This document shows, piece after piece, positions 46,046 to 56,600 of a stretch of DNA of 64,000 nt. The DNA is taken from positions 161,979 through 225,978 of the forward strand of contig JAJFVL010000046.1 of assembly GCA_021371855.1 (NCBI GenBank), written 5' to 3'. The translations under genes and the position numbers were made by a program. Numbering within the stretch: the first letter of the stretch is position 1; every line of letters starts with the position of its first letter. The stretch comes from Bacteroidales bacterium (GTDB lineage: Bacteria > Bacteroidota > Bacteroidia > Bacteroidales > VadinHA17). The notes under the pieces are model-generated. The model was not told where the DNA came from, did no database searches, and saw nothing but the letters and a program-made list of their open reading frames with translations.

Positions 46046-46231
46046 ATGAAAGAAAAAACTCAAAACTATAGTCCTGCATCAGGTGCAGTTTATGGATTGG
46101 GACTTATTGGAGCAGCAATTTATTTTATTTCAACTGCTACTGGTTTCTGGATAGGGGTTCTGGGATTCTTAAAAGCAATTGTCTGGCCAGTCTTTCTTGT
46201 GTATGAGGTGTTTCAACATCTGGCAATGTAA
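46046..46231 (+). CDS. Hypothetical 61-aa two-TM protein
   Basis: GAVYGLGLIGAAIYFISTATGFWIGVLGFLKAIVWPVFLVY. The composition is protein-like but no family was recognised. Confidence 0.4.
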   Translation: MKEKTQNYSPASGAVYGLGLIGAAIYFISTATGFWIGVLGFLKAIVWPVFLVYEVFQHLAM

Positions 46232-46486
46232 TATTAATCAAATTTAGTTCTACTTCGACAGATTATTAATATGTCGTTCCTACCGGACTTAGGAAATTTT
46301 TGTTTAGGGTTTCAGGAAAGCTTCAATGACTAACGGACTTGTGAAATCATAACCTTAATCAGAGAGTGTTAATTATATTTGATTTTCAGAATCTGATAAT
46401 ATTTTAATTCAATATCAGAAAATTAATTTAATGCTATTGCTGAAAAAGAAAAAATCAATGATTGTCAGATATATATATAATATTAT

Positions 46487-49057
46487 ATGACCATGAAAAA
46501 TAAATTCCCCTCTCCCATATTGCCTGGAATGGTGATATTGCCACTAAAGCAGCTCCATGTTTTTTGGATTTTAATTATAATGGCATCTGCAACTAAATTA
46601 CAGGCACAGGAATCAATTCCACATTTAAAAACTGAACCACACCGGATTGTTATTACTAACCAGGAGCAGACACTTTCGGTATCCCTTGATTGCCCTACCT
46701 TTGCTCTGGAAAATCAAATTATCGGGGGGAATTCTCCTTTGAAAAAATATGGTGATATCAGAAAATCTGCAGAAGAGCCCATCCGGATGTCGTATGCACC
46801 TGTTAACCTCCAGGGTGGGGGCCATATGGAATTTCAGCTTTTTCTCCAGTGGTCCCCTGCTGAAAAACTCCTCCATAAGTGGGTAAAATTCAGGTTATCG
46901 GGTATTGAAAGTCCTGTCCTGATTAAGGAAATAATTCTGGACAGGCTGGAAGCAAATGACCATTCAATAAGTTTACAGACATTGCCTGATCAGAGTTATC
47001 CGGTTTTTTTCCCCGGATTTTTTGCAGGAGTTGAATTCCCTGTATCTTCAATGCGGATGGAATCAGGGCATATAGTTATGGCCCATCAGCCGGGAATCAG
47101 AATCCAACCTGGCAAATGGTATGAAAGCAGAAAAACAGTGTATGGTACAGCACAAAAGGGTCATGAAAAGGAGGCATTTCTCTCATATATTGCAGCTAAC
47201 AGACCCGGAAAAGATGAGATACATGTAAATTACAACTCTTGGTGGAGTGCTCCTGTACCTTATTCTGAACAAACCATTCTTGAACTTATAAAGACATTTG
47301 AGGATAAAATGTCCTTACCTTACGGGGTGTCGTTCAACACCTTCTGCATCGATATGGGATGGTCCGATCCAAAAACTATCTGGGATATTGACACTCTATT
47401 ATTCCCGCAGAGATTTAACAATATCCGGCAAGCTGCCGGGAAGATGAATACCAACCTTGGTTTATGGATCTCACCAAGCAACATGTATTCCCCGGAGAGC
47501 CTTGATTCAAGATGGGCTGAACAAAATGGTTATGAGACCTTTATAATTGATTCTGCCAGAATTTCGGGCCGGGGTACAGTATGCTGCCTCGGTGGAGAGC
47601 GTTACTCAACCCTCTTCAGGGAACATCTTGCAGATATGGTAAAGAAGTATGAGATAAAACAGATAAAATTTGATGGCTATATTTTGTCCTGTCCTGAACC
47701 GGACCATGGCCATGAGCCTGGATATCTGTCGATGGAACCGATAGCTGAGGGACTCATCGAAACCTGCAAACAAATACATGATGTTTCACCTGAGACATGG
47801 ATAGAAACCACCTGCATGGGCGGTAATCCAAGTCCCTGGTGGCTTTTCTATGCCAATTCGGTAATTGGCACTTTTGGTGGTGATTACCCTGAAGGGCGTA
47901 TACCCTGCCCTGTCTACCGCGAGAGTTACACTTCTGCCCGTGATTTTTTTAACATTCAGGGCGCTACCTATATTATGACACCAATCTCGGCACAGGAAGT
48001 TCTGGGGATCATTCATCAGACCATGGAACCATTTGCCAATGATGCTGTTACGACTATTATGCGGGGACATTTATTCCTTCCCCTTTATATTAACCCGGTT
48101 TTTATGGATGGATCACGCTGGAAAATGATTGCGGATATTATTACCTGGGCGAAAAACAATGCTTCTTTAATTAAAAATACTAAGGTCCTCCTTCCGGAAT
48201 CATGGCAAAATGCTAATGTCCCAAGGTTTGAGGAAGATGCATCTGCCATGCCGCGTGAACCATATGGCTACGCCCATTGCACTGATAACAGAGGTCTTAT
48301 TGAACTCAGAAATCCCTGGATCAGGAACTGTGAATATAAATTGAAGATTGACAGATCCACAGGTTTTTCAGAAAATGCAGGAAATCTGAATATTGTAAGT
48401 ATTTATCCGGAAGTAAGAATTTATGCCAGAGACCTTAAGTATGGCGACGTCGTAAATATTCCTCTTGCACCATACGAGACTCTGGTAGTATCAGTATCAG
48501 ATAATGAGTCCCTGAACGGGCTCCCGAACGCAGTTAATTTACTCCGTGGTTTTGGTAATGTTAAGATTGATAAAACTGAAAAAAACGTTATTGAGCCGGA
48601 AGTGTCTGATGATTCTGCAAAAACCGTTACAGCTTCAATGATCAGGCTTGGTATGGAGGGATCCGTTGAAGTGAAATCCCCGCAGGCGGATCTGCTTATA
48701 CTTATTGAAGGTGATAATGGCACTTTCAACCAGAAAGGAACACTTACCATCAACGGGAACCCGACACCCCTTATAACAACTGAAAACAGACGGATATTGC
48801 CAAGATGGAAAGCAAGCAAAAAGTACTGGGTCTTTCTGAAAGCACCTCTGAAATCCGGAGAGAACTCAATCTCTCTCAAACTCGATTTAACGGAATCACA
48901 ACAGAAAGTCTCGGTTTGGGCCTGGGCCAGGAAACCAGGGAATATTGCACCCGCGAACTACCCTAATATACTGCCTCAACCTGAAGATATTTCACTGGAG
49001 TCAGTTAATCTGGTTGAGCCATTCGCAACAGAAACTGTTCATATCCCCCGCCGCTAA
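46487..49057 (+). CDS. Exported protein, possibly a clan GH-D (alpha-galactosidase/melibiase-like) TIM-barrel hydrolase
   Basis: Signal-like N-terminus. FCIDMGW, LGLWISP and IKFDGY resemble the (F.iDdGW / G.W..P / K.D) melibiase pattern. The assignment is weak. Confidence 0.35.
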   Translation: MTMKNKFPSPILPGMVILPLKQLHVFWILIIMASATKLQAQESIPHLKTEPHRIVITNQEQTLSVSLDCPTFALENQIIGGNSPLKKYGDIRKSAEEPIRMSYAPVNLQGGGHMEFQLFLQWSPAEKLLHKWVKFRLSGIESPVLIKEIILDRLEANDHSISLQTLPDQSYPVFFPGFFAGVEFPVSSMRMESGHIVMAHQPGIRIQPGKWYESRKTVYGTAQKGHEKEAFLSYIAANRPGKDEIHVNYNSWWSAPVPYSEQTILELIKTFEDKMSLPYGVSFNTFCIDMGWSDPKTIWDIDTLLFPQRFNNIRQAAGKMNTNLGLWISPSNMYSPESLDSRWAEQNGYETFIIDSARISGRGTVCCLGGERYSTLFREHLADMVKKYEIKQIKFDGYILSCPEPDHGHEPGYLSMEPIAEGLIETCKQIHDVSPETWIETTCMGGNPSPWWLFYANSVIGTFGGDYPEGRIPCPVYRESYTSARDFFNIQGATYIMTPISAQEVLGIIHQTMEPFANDAVTTIMRGHLFLPLYINPVFMDGSRWKMIADIITWAKNNASLIKNTKVLLPESWQNANVPRFEEDASAMPREPYGYAHCTDNRGLIELRNPWIRNCEYKLKIDRSTGFSENAGNLNIVSIYPEVRIYARDLKYGDVVNIPLAPYETLVVSVSDNESLNGLPNAVNLLRGFGNVKIDKTEKNVIEPEVSDDSAKTVTASMIRLGMEGSVEVKSPQADLLILIEGDNGTFNQKGTLTINGNPTPLITTENRRILPRWKASKKYWVFLKAPLKSGENSISLKLDLTESQQKVSVWAWARKPGNIAPANYPNILPQPEDISLESVNLVEPFATETVHIPRR

Positions 49058-49373
49058 TCTCGGACCGTTTATGATTAATCAAATGGTTTATCCCTGAAAG
49101 GACTTGCAAACGGCTCATCAGGACTTTTTTTGCTGCTTCCTGCAGCACCACTGCCCTGTGGATCCGGATCAGAAACCTGCAAAAGAACAATTGAGGAATC
49201 CCGGACAATCCTGGTTATTTCTGGTTTGATATAAGGCTTTTTTGAAATCATCTTTTTTGATGTAAGTGACTATCCGGGACATAAAAACCAGAGATTTGGC
49301 ATTTAAAAACTTAATTTGGATCTGTCAATTTCCATCTTCTTAGAAAATGAATATCTTTTAACTCAAAAAACAT

Positions 49374-51770
49374 TTACCTGGTCACAACTTTGCCAACATA
49401 TCGTTTTATCCCAGTTCTTAGCTCAACTAAATAGAACCCTTTAATTGCTGGTGCCGGAATCAGGATCAATGAATTCTTCCGGAATTCAACATTACTGTTA
49501 TAGCTGATACTCTTCCCGGTAATGTCAATTAGCTTAACAGAACCCGCCTTACCGTTCCACTCTTCAGATAACGGATATATATTGATCATACCATTCGATT
49601 CATAAATTCTGAACGGAGATTCCGGGATGGATCTATCTTCAATGCCTGTCAATAAACTACCGATAATTAAGATAAACCTGTTCTCAATAGTACCGGATGA
49701 TGTTAAGAATGATATTGATTCTCCTTTATTAAGATTAACTGTGGAATTGGTTGTTTTATCTAAAAGGTGGACATAATAATCGTCAATGCCCTGTATCTCA
49801 TTTGATGATAATTTGTACGTACCCGATTCTGATATATTTAACCCTACAGGGATCTCAACAAGTGTTTCGGGGAACGGAAGGCTGTTAATGCTGAAACTTA
49901 CATTTTCCGTTGTGGTCCAAATATTCACATAATTACCCGATTTGCTGAATTTATATGCATCAAAATGAGGATCAAAAGCCGGGGTGGCCTTTTCCTCCAA
50001 TCTGACAACTGTTTCATCGGAACCGGTTTGATTTTCAATCTTTAACCTGACAAGAGGAATTATTTCTTCTTCTTTTCCTGCTTCTGCTGTTTCCCCTTTA
50101 TACCTGTTACGGGGAGGGGTAGTTGGATCATGAGTTTTTGCGCTTGCAGGAAGAGTAAAACCAGTTATTTTAGAAGTTGCTTTAACAAAGAATCCCTGCA
50201 TCGGCGGAATATATTGTGTCGTTCCAAAGGGATTGCCAACCTTATTGACATACGATGCCTGTCCTCCATTTGTTGTAAAATAAATTGCGTCGTTTAAACC
50301 GGTGGGTTTATTGACAGAATCCCAGTTAAGATAACAGGTAAACGGATTTCCAAGAAGATTGTACCCATTGGCATCAGGATATGCTTGTCTGCCATCAGAG
50401 TTATAAGCCAGAGATATGCCGGTCACATCTGCTGTATTAAGTATACCTCCGAAAGTTTTGGTTACAGTGGAAGTATTATAATAATCATATCCCTGGCCAA
50501 CATTTAAACGATCGAATGTAGGTGTTCCTATTACACGGGTTTGATAGTTAAATCCGTTGGATCCTATCCATCCTCCGTTTGGATTATTTGTCGTAATCAG
50601 ATTTTCATAATATGCAGCCAGATTTTTCGTCGAATTATCACCGGCAGTAAACACAGATGCCGGCAGGTAAGTGACCGGAGAAGATATATAATGCCAGACA
50701 TTTCTTGATCCGTTCTTACCTCCGGTAAGATATAGCTGAATATTATTCGTTCCGGTGCCCAGGGGAGGATCAGTGAGTATTAGTGATGCAATACCGCTGG
50801 CATCAGACTTGAGGTTAAGAGTACCGTTATTTGTCAGTGTAGTTATTGTTGCTTTTCCAAGCGGAGCAACTATAAGCGATGCCCCGGAGTTTATAGTTAA
50901 ACTTTTGCATACGGCAGTCATTGAACCGGAAATGACCGGCTGATTGGCGGGAGAAGAAGGAATGATTACATCAGATCCCGGGATTGGCACCACGCTACCC
51001 TTCCAGTTTGTTTTGGTGTTCCAGTTTGTATCAGCCCCTCCTGTCCATGTCCAGTTCGGATGAACTTCAAAAGTAAAGCAATTTAAGATACCGAAGGTTA
51101 CTCCGGCAGCCATTTTTTTATAGGGATACCAATGGTCATAACCATCCCATGTGTTTAAACAGTCATAATATTTTATTCCACCTTCATCTATTCCATACCC
51201 TATCACACAAACATAATGGTCATAAATCCCATCACCACTTGCATCAACAAGAAATACCATAGGGCGGTTGCGATCGATATTGGATACCAGTGAATCCCAC
51301 GGGAAACTAACAAAATCATATTTATGAGAAGTCCCAACGTAATTCGGAGCCTTTTCAGATATATAGTTTTCCCATGCAGGTTTCATATCTGAAGGCAAAC
51401 TCCATCCCCAATAATTTCCTTTAATGCTTTGAGATGTACCCATATAATCGGCTATACAATTATTAGCATGTGCACCACCCAGTTCGGATTTATCAGCAAA
51501 GAAACCGGTATTAGCATCATCTAATGGAAGGGAGTAGTCATTGTAGTGTTCATCGGAAGCTATAACCGCATTTACTGCATCTGTCTGGGTTGAGGCATCC
51601 CCCGGAATAAGATCAGGAAAACCGTGGAGATCATAATATCCTAATACCATTCCTTCTGAAGTGGGACCACATCCATGCCGCCAGATATAAGCCGGAACCT
51701 CTGGAATTACTTCTTGTGCAAAAATCTGCACAGTCATGAGCAAAAGGTATAGTGAAAATATATTTTTCAT
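49374..51770 (-). CDS. Secreted papain-fold (C39-like) cysteine-peptidase-domain protein with a T9SS C-terminal sorting domain
   Basis: Signal peptide. WRHGCGPTSEGMVLGYYD (Cys) and DHYVCVIGYG (His). Long beta-rich middle region. C-terminal GFYLVELRTGIKRYVGKVVTR. Confidence 0.55.
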   Translation of the reverse strand: MKNIFSLYLLLMTVQIFAQEVIPEVPAYIWRHGCGPTSEGMVLGYYDLHGFPDLIPGDASTQTDAVNAVIASDEHYNDYSLPLDDANTGFFADKSELGGAHANNCIADYMGTSQSIKGNYWGWSLPSDMKPAWENYISEKAPNYVGTSHKYDFVSFPWDSLVSNIDRNRPMVFLVDASGDGIYDHYVCVIGYGIDEGGIKYYDCLNTWDGYDHWYPYKKMAAGVTFGILNCFTFEVHPNWTWTGGADTNWNTKTNWKGSVVPIPGSDVIIPSSPANQPVISGSMTAVCKSLTINSGASLIVAPLGKATITTLTNNGTLNLKSDASGIASLILTDPPLGTGTNNIQLYLTGGKNGSRNVWHYISSPVTYLPASVFTAGDNSTKNLAAYYENLITTNNPNGGWIGSNGFNYQTRVIGTPTFDRLNVGQGYDYYNTSTVTKTFGGILNTADVTGISLAYNSDGRQAYPDANGYNLLGNPFTCYLNWDSVNKPTGLNDAIYFTTNGGQASYVNKVGNPFGTTQYIPPMQGFFVKATSKITGFTLPASAKTHDPTTPPRNRYKGETAEAGKEEEIIPLVRLKIENQTGSDETVVRLEEKATPAFDPHFDAYKFSKSGNYVNIWTTTENVSFSINSLPFPETLVEIPVGLNISESGTYKLSSNEIQGIDDYYVHLLDKTTNSTVNLNKGESISFLTSSGTIENRFILIIGSLLTGIEDRSIPESPFRIYESNGMINIYPLSEEWNGKAGSVKLIDITGKSISYNSNVEFRKNSLILIPAPAIKGFYLVELRTGIKRYVGKVVTR

Positions 51771-52036
51771 ATCCCTAAACTAAAATTTAATTCAGATCAT
51801 GAAAAATGCTCATCACGTTCATGTGAACTTCCGTAATATCAATTCACATAAGAGTTTATCAAAGATATTCTTAAACAAAGTTAGACCAACTTAATATCAA
51901 AGTCAAGTTTATTTTTTGTGAATCGGACTTAAATATCTTCGTCTTATGTTATATAAAAAATCATGTTCCGGGATATTGATCTACTGAGGAATAAATTTAA
52001 TTATGCAGCTGTAATTGAATGTGGTATGCCGGGATG

Positions 52037-52705
52037 TTATAATTCCAGGGTAATTGAATTTTCGCCGACGCCCAGATCTGCCAGTTGTACCAGTACGGCA
52101 TCAATCATAGGAGGAGGACCGCATACATAAAACTTTTTGTTGAAATCACTGATATTGGCTTTCAGAAACTCCTTATTGATGATCCCGTGAGAATAACCGC
52201 CAACTGTTTCATCTGACAAAATATTGACAAAATCCTTACCTAACAACTTATTAAATTCCTGTTCCAGTATTATATCGGCTTTTGTTTTATTTGCAAATAT
52301 CAATTTATTGCCGGTGATCTCATTTTTTGTCTGTAAATCCCTGAAAATGGAGATAAAAGGCGTAATGCCTGCTCCTCCGGCTATAAATACCCCTTTGCCT
52401 TTATAAGAGATAGCACCCCACACATCCCTGATGATCAGTTCAGCACCTGGTTCAAGTTTTCCAAGTTCATTTGTCACACCATTCCGGGAAGAATAGATCT
52501 TAATTGTAAATTCAAGATAAGACGCTGAATTTAAGCATGTAAAAGTGAATGGTCTCTTTTCATCCTTTAGCTCAGGGGTGTTTATTGATAACTCGGTAGC
52601 CTGACCCGGCGTAAATCTATATCCTTCCGGTTTTTCGATCCGGAATCTTTTAACATCATGGGTTACCTTTTCAATATTCAGGATTTTAACTATATGCTCT
52701 TCCAT
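52037..52705 (-). CDS. Ferredoxin-NADP reductase-type FAD/NAD(P)-binding oxidoreductase
   Basis: RFTPGQATEL (FAD-binding R.Y/F.S/T-type), GGAGITPF and YVCGPPPM motifs. Confidence 0.75.
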   Translation of the reverse strand: MEEHIVKILNIEKVTHDVKRFRIEKPEGYRFTPGQATELSINTPELKDEKRPFTFTCLNSASYLEFTIKIYSSRNGVTNELGKLEPGAELIIRDVWGAISYKGKGVFIAGGAGITPFISIFRDLQTKNEITGNKLIFANKTKADIILEQEFNKLLGKDFVNILSDETVGGYSHGIINKEFLKANISDFNKKFYVCGPPPMIDAVLVQLADLGVGENSITLEL

Positions 52706-52847
52706 GGATTCATTTTATATCAATTAAACAATTATTCTCCCCGTTTGTTTTGATTAAAACAGGGTAATCGAATGGAATCATTCATTTTAACTACTGAAAA
52801 AGAGTTGAGATTATTAAAGACAAAACAGTTAATTAAATCCACAACAA

Positions 52848-53441
52848 ATGATTAAGTACGGATTAATCGGAATACTATTACTGTTTTGGCCGGAGACAAT
52901 CCAGTGTTCAAAAGAGCAATCGTTTGAACTGGTAACAAACAGCGCTTCCATTCAGGTAACAGGCACTTCAAACCTGCATGACTGGAATATGAATCTTAAA
53001 ATCTTTGACTGCACAGCAAATTTTATCCTGAGTGGATCAGGAATAAAAGGCATTGACGAAGTGACATTTAAGTGTAAAGTAACAGATTTAAAAAGTGACA
53101 ATTCATTAATGGATAAAAAAGCACATTCTGCCTTGAAATCCAGGACATTTCCGGAAATAAATTTCAATATGACGTCTGCGATAACAACTTCATCAAACAC
53201 TGGCCAATTCAATGAAACCCTGAAGGGGAATCTTTCAGTAGCCGGGAAGTCAGTTGCAGTATCTATTCCTGTCATATGCAGATTATATGATAGTAACGGG
53301 ATAAAAATAATTGACGTTCAGGGAAAAACCGAACTGGAGATGAGCAGTTTTGATATTTCTCCTCCGGTTTTCATGATGGGAGCCCTTAAAACGGGGGACA
53401 AAGTAACAGTCTCATTTTCATTACAATTCAAACAAGAGTAA
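52848..53441 (+). CDS. YceI-like polyisoprenoid-binding family protein
   Basis: Signal peptide, VTGTSNLHDW, KSDNSLMDKKAHSALKSRTFPEINF. Confidence 0.6.
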   Translation: MIKYGLIGILLLFWPETIQCSKEQSFELVTNSASIQVTGTSNLHDWNMNLKIFDCTANFILSGSGIKGIDEVTFKCKVTDLKSDNSLMDKKAHSALKSRTFPEINFNMTSAITTSSNTGQFNETLKGNLSVAGKSVAVSIPVICRLYDSNGIKIIDVQGKTELEMSSFDISPPVFMMGALKTGDKVTVSFSLQFKQE

Positions 53442-53514
53442 GTTAACAGGTAAAAACATCAGTACGGGAGACTATGATTTAATGCACAAATAATCTATAC
53501 TAAATATAACAATC

Positions 53515-54744
53515 ATGAAAAGGTTAATTATTTTATACTGCTTCCTTATAGCTGCAGCAGCAACACAGGGACAGAACTTTGAAGAGTCTGCCGGAAGAGA
53601 TGAAAATAATGAAAAGCCTAAGGTACATGTAGGCGGTGATTTTGCAATGCAATTTCAATTTCTGAAACATCATGCCGACAGCTTGCTTATACCACTGGGC
53701 AGAGGATTAAACCTTCCTACAGCAAATCTTAATCTCCAGGCAGTCCTTGCTGATGGAATTGAAGCTAATCTTACTACTTATCTTTCTTCAAGACATCATG
53801 TTGAAGCATGGGTTAAAGGTGGATACCTGCTTATTGATAAACTTCCGTTTATCAATTCCAAAGTGATATCAGATGCGATGAATTTCCTGACCTTTAAAAT
53901 CGGAGTGATGGAGCTTAATTACGGAGATGCTCATTTTCGCAGATCTGATAACGGAAACGTAATTAATAACATGTTTGTGGGCAACTATATCATGGATGCT
54001 TTTACAACTGCTCCTGCGTTTGAGGCTTTATACCGTAACAAAGGTATCCTTCTGATGGGTGCCGTTACTACGGGAACTCTCGACCCTGTTCTTGTTGGTT
54101 ATAACTCTTCTTCTAAAAAGTACACACCCTATTATATAGAAAAGGAACTGGCATTTTACTGGAAAGCAGGATATGATAATCAGATTAACGATAACTTAAG
54201 GATCAGGGCAACCTTGTCAGGGTATCATTCGTCAAATAATCATTCTGGTTCTCTCTATTTCGGAGACAGGACCGGATCACGTTATTATCTGGTTATGAAC
54301 AGGGTAAAGTATAGTCCTGATGACGTGGATCCCGCAAAGAACCACATGTCAGGTAACTGGGGTCCGGGTTTTACAGACCGGGATAACTCATTGATGATAA
54401 ATCTGTTTACTAAATATAAGGGGGTGGAATTTTTCGGAACTTTTGAGAATGTAAAAGGTACACCTGCATTTGGTGGCTCTGAATTTAAGTTAACACAATA
54501 TGCGATTGAAAGCCTGCTCCATTTCGGGAAAGATGAAAAGTTTTTTGGAGGCGCCAGGTATAATTATACCAGAAACAATCTTGATGATTCTGTTGATCGT
54601 ATACAAATCGGTTGCGGATGGTTCATCACTCCTGGCATTATGGTTAAAGCTGAATATGTGGATCAGAATTACAAAAATTTCAGTTTATACGGAAACAACG
54701 CAGGATTCAATGGATTAATGATAGAATCGACTGTTTCATTTTGA
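53515..54744 (+). CDS. Outer-membrane beta-barrel (porin-like) protein
   Basis: Signal peptide, alternating beta-strand pattern and a C-terminal ...MIESTVSF with terminal Phe. Confidence 0.5.
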   Translation: MKRLIILYCFLIAAAATQGQNFEESAGRDENNEKPKVHVGGDFAMQFQFLKHHADSLLIPLGRGLNLPTANLNLQAVLADGIEANLTTYLSSRHHVEAWVKGGYLLIDKLPFINSKVISDAMNFLTFKIGVMELNYGDAHFRRSDNGNVINNMFVGNYIMDAFTTAPAFEALYRNKGILLMGAVTTGTLDPVLVGYNSSSKKYTPYYIEKELAFYWKAGYDNQINDNLRIRATLSGYHSSNNHSGSLYFGDRTGSRYYLVMNRVKYSPDDVDPAKNHMSGNWGPGFTDRDNSLMINLFTKYKGVEFFGTFENVKGTPAFGGSEFKLTQYAIESLLHFGKDEKFFGGARYNYTRNNLDDSVDRIQIGCGWFITPGIMVKAEYVDQNYKNFSLYGNNAGFNGLMIESTVSF

Positions 54745-54787
54745 TACAATTAGATGATTTCGATGTTGATACCTGTCCATTTTATCG

Positions 54788-55375
54788 ATGAGAAAACTTT
54801 TGCTGATATTAATTCTTTGTGTTCCCGGATTTACCGGGTTCATTCCGGATGAAAGCCTGAAATCAGAAAGGACTAATGGCCCTCCGGGATTTATCGATAT
54901 AACGGTTTTTTCAAATATCGATAAGCAGTTTTTTCAATATATACTTAAGCAACAATGTCTCCCGTTTACCGGAGGCTATAAAACCGGATATGCTCTTGAC
55001 ACTTCTTTCACCCGCATTGTAATTCCTGTAAAAGAGTTCAGGTGCACGAATAAATCAGCTTATAAAGATTTCCTGAAATTGCTAAAGGCTGAACAATATC
55101 CGAATCTTGAAATCTATATACCACACTATTCCAATGTTAATAACGACAAAAAAGATTCAGTAGTATTAAAAGGTGTATCCATAATTGTCGCAGGTGTAAC
55201 AAAACGATATGATATAAACTGTAAAATTGACAAATCGGGCAATGATAATAAAATTCTGAACGGGACCACCGGAATAAAACTTACAGATCTTGACATTGTA
55301 CCTCCCGTTAAACTGTTTGGAATTGTGAAAGTGAAAAATGAGATCAGCATCGATTTTGAGTTCTGTGTAAAATAA
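54788..55375 (+). CDS. Second, divergent YceI-like protein
   Basis: VKEFRCTNKSAYKDFLKLLKAEQYPNLEI parallels FKCKVTDLKSDNSLMDKKAHSALKSRTFPEINF of the first copy. Confidence 0.4.
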   Translation: MRKLLLILILCVPGFTGFIPDESLKSERTNGPPGFIDITVFSNIDKQFFQYILKQQCLPFTGGYKTGYALDTSFTRIVIPVKEFRCTNKSAYKDFLKLLKAEQYPNLEIYIPHYSNVNNDKKDSVVLKGVSIIVAGVTKRYDINCKIDKSGNDNKILNGTTGIKLTDLDIVPPVKLFGIVKVKNEISIDFEFCVK

Positions 55376-55544
55376 CCGATTAAAAGGTAAATTTAAATAA
55401 TTGCCTGCCGGCGTAAAATAATCCGGCGGCAGCAATAGCGGGGTAAATGATTTTGAAGATTTTTTGTTTGAATTATGAGATTAATAAATTAACTTTAAAC
55501 AAATAATCCGGTTTGAAGAGGTTCATATTGCACTGTAAATTATC

Positions 55545-55958
55545 ATGCTGACAATTCAGGCAATAAAATTCTGGCCCTTTCTGATCTATGCTACGGCAGT
55601 CCTGGTAATTGTCGGCATAATGATTGGATTATCACACATCCTTGGAGAAAAACATAAAGAAAAACTAACAGATGAGCCATTTGAATCAGGAATACATCCC
55701 ACAGGTAATGCCCGTTTACGGTTCTCTTCCCATTTTTATCTTTTAGCTATCTTTTTCGTGATCTTCGATCTCGATGCAGTATTTATCATGGTATGGGCCA
55801 TTTCATTCCGTGAGTCAGGAGTTGCCGGATATATTGGTATTCTGGTCTTTATTGGGATATTAATAGCAGTACTTATCTATGAAATAGGGATTAAAGCGCT
55901 CGATTTCGGACCCAAAGGAAAAATAATTCTGAAAAACAAGAACAGACTTTCAAAATGA
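55545..55958 (+). CDS. nuoA: NADH-quinone oxidoreductase subunit A
   Basis: 3-TM protein with PFESG...FDLD motifs, first gene of the nuo cluster. Confidence 0.9.
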   Translation: MLTIQAIKFWPFLIYATAVLVIVGIMIGLSHILGEKHKEKLTDEPFESGIHPTGNARLRFSSHFYLLAIFFVIFDLDAVFIMVWAISFRESGVAGYIGILVFIGILIAVLIYEIGIKALDFGPKGKIILKNKNRLSK

Positions 55959-56560
55959 ACTGGAATTTAAGTAAACCATATGGCAGCTCAACCGGACAGG
56001 AATCTGTTCTCCTGACCAAGCTTGACGATCTTGTTGCCTGGGGGAGAAAGAATTCAATATGGCCATTTAATTTTGGTCTTTCATGCTGTTTCGTTGAAAT
56101 GGCGACCTCAATAACAAGCCGCTATGATATTGCCCGTTTCGGAGGTGAAGTAATACGAGGAACCCCGCGCGAAGCAGATATGATGGTTATTGCAGGTACA
56201 GTGTTCATTAAAATGGCTCCTGTTATCAAAAGGCTTCATGAGCAGATGATGGAACCCAGATGGATCATATCAATGGGTTCTTGTGCAAACTCGGGAGGTA
56301 TGTACGATATATACAGTGTTGTACAGGGAGTAGATAAATTTTTACCTGTTGATGTTTATGTTGCCGGATGTCCACCGCGACCTGATGCTTTCCTGGAGGG
56401 ATTACTGCTATTGCGTGACTCTGTCGGAAGGGAAAAACGGCCACTCAGCTGGGTAATAGGACCACAGGGTATCTCACGACCTGAAAAGGTGTCAAACAGG
56501 GAGCTGAGAAACGATGAACGGATTAAAATGCAAAGAATCAGGACAATGGATGAGATATAA
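55955..56560 (+). CDS. nuoB: NADH-quinone oxidoreductase subunit B
   Basis: [15 protein letters not shown] and GCPPRP N2-cluster motifs. Confidence 0.95.
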   Translation: MNWNLSKPYGSSTGQESVLLTKLDDLVAWGRKNSIWPFNFGLSCCFVEMATSITSRYDIARFGGEVIRGTPREADMMVIAGTVFIKMAPVIKRLHEQMMEPRWIISMGSCANSGGMYDIYSVVQGVDKFLPVDVYVAGCPPRPDAFLEGLLLLRDSVGREKRPLSWVIGPQGISRPEKVSNRELRNDERIKMQRIRTMDEI

Positions 56561-56600
56561 AGAAATACTTTTTCTTCAGTTTATCTAAACAGATATTTTC

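Noticed and set aside
49005-49208. 67-aa minus-strand ORF in the 316-bp gap between two convergent exported-protein genes; considered as a gene remnant or small toxin
   Set aside because: It overlaps the 3' end of the 856-aa gene and has no motif, no promoter box and an odd composition. The only hairpin nearby has a 5-bp stem and a 21-nt loop. I cannot support any call.
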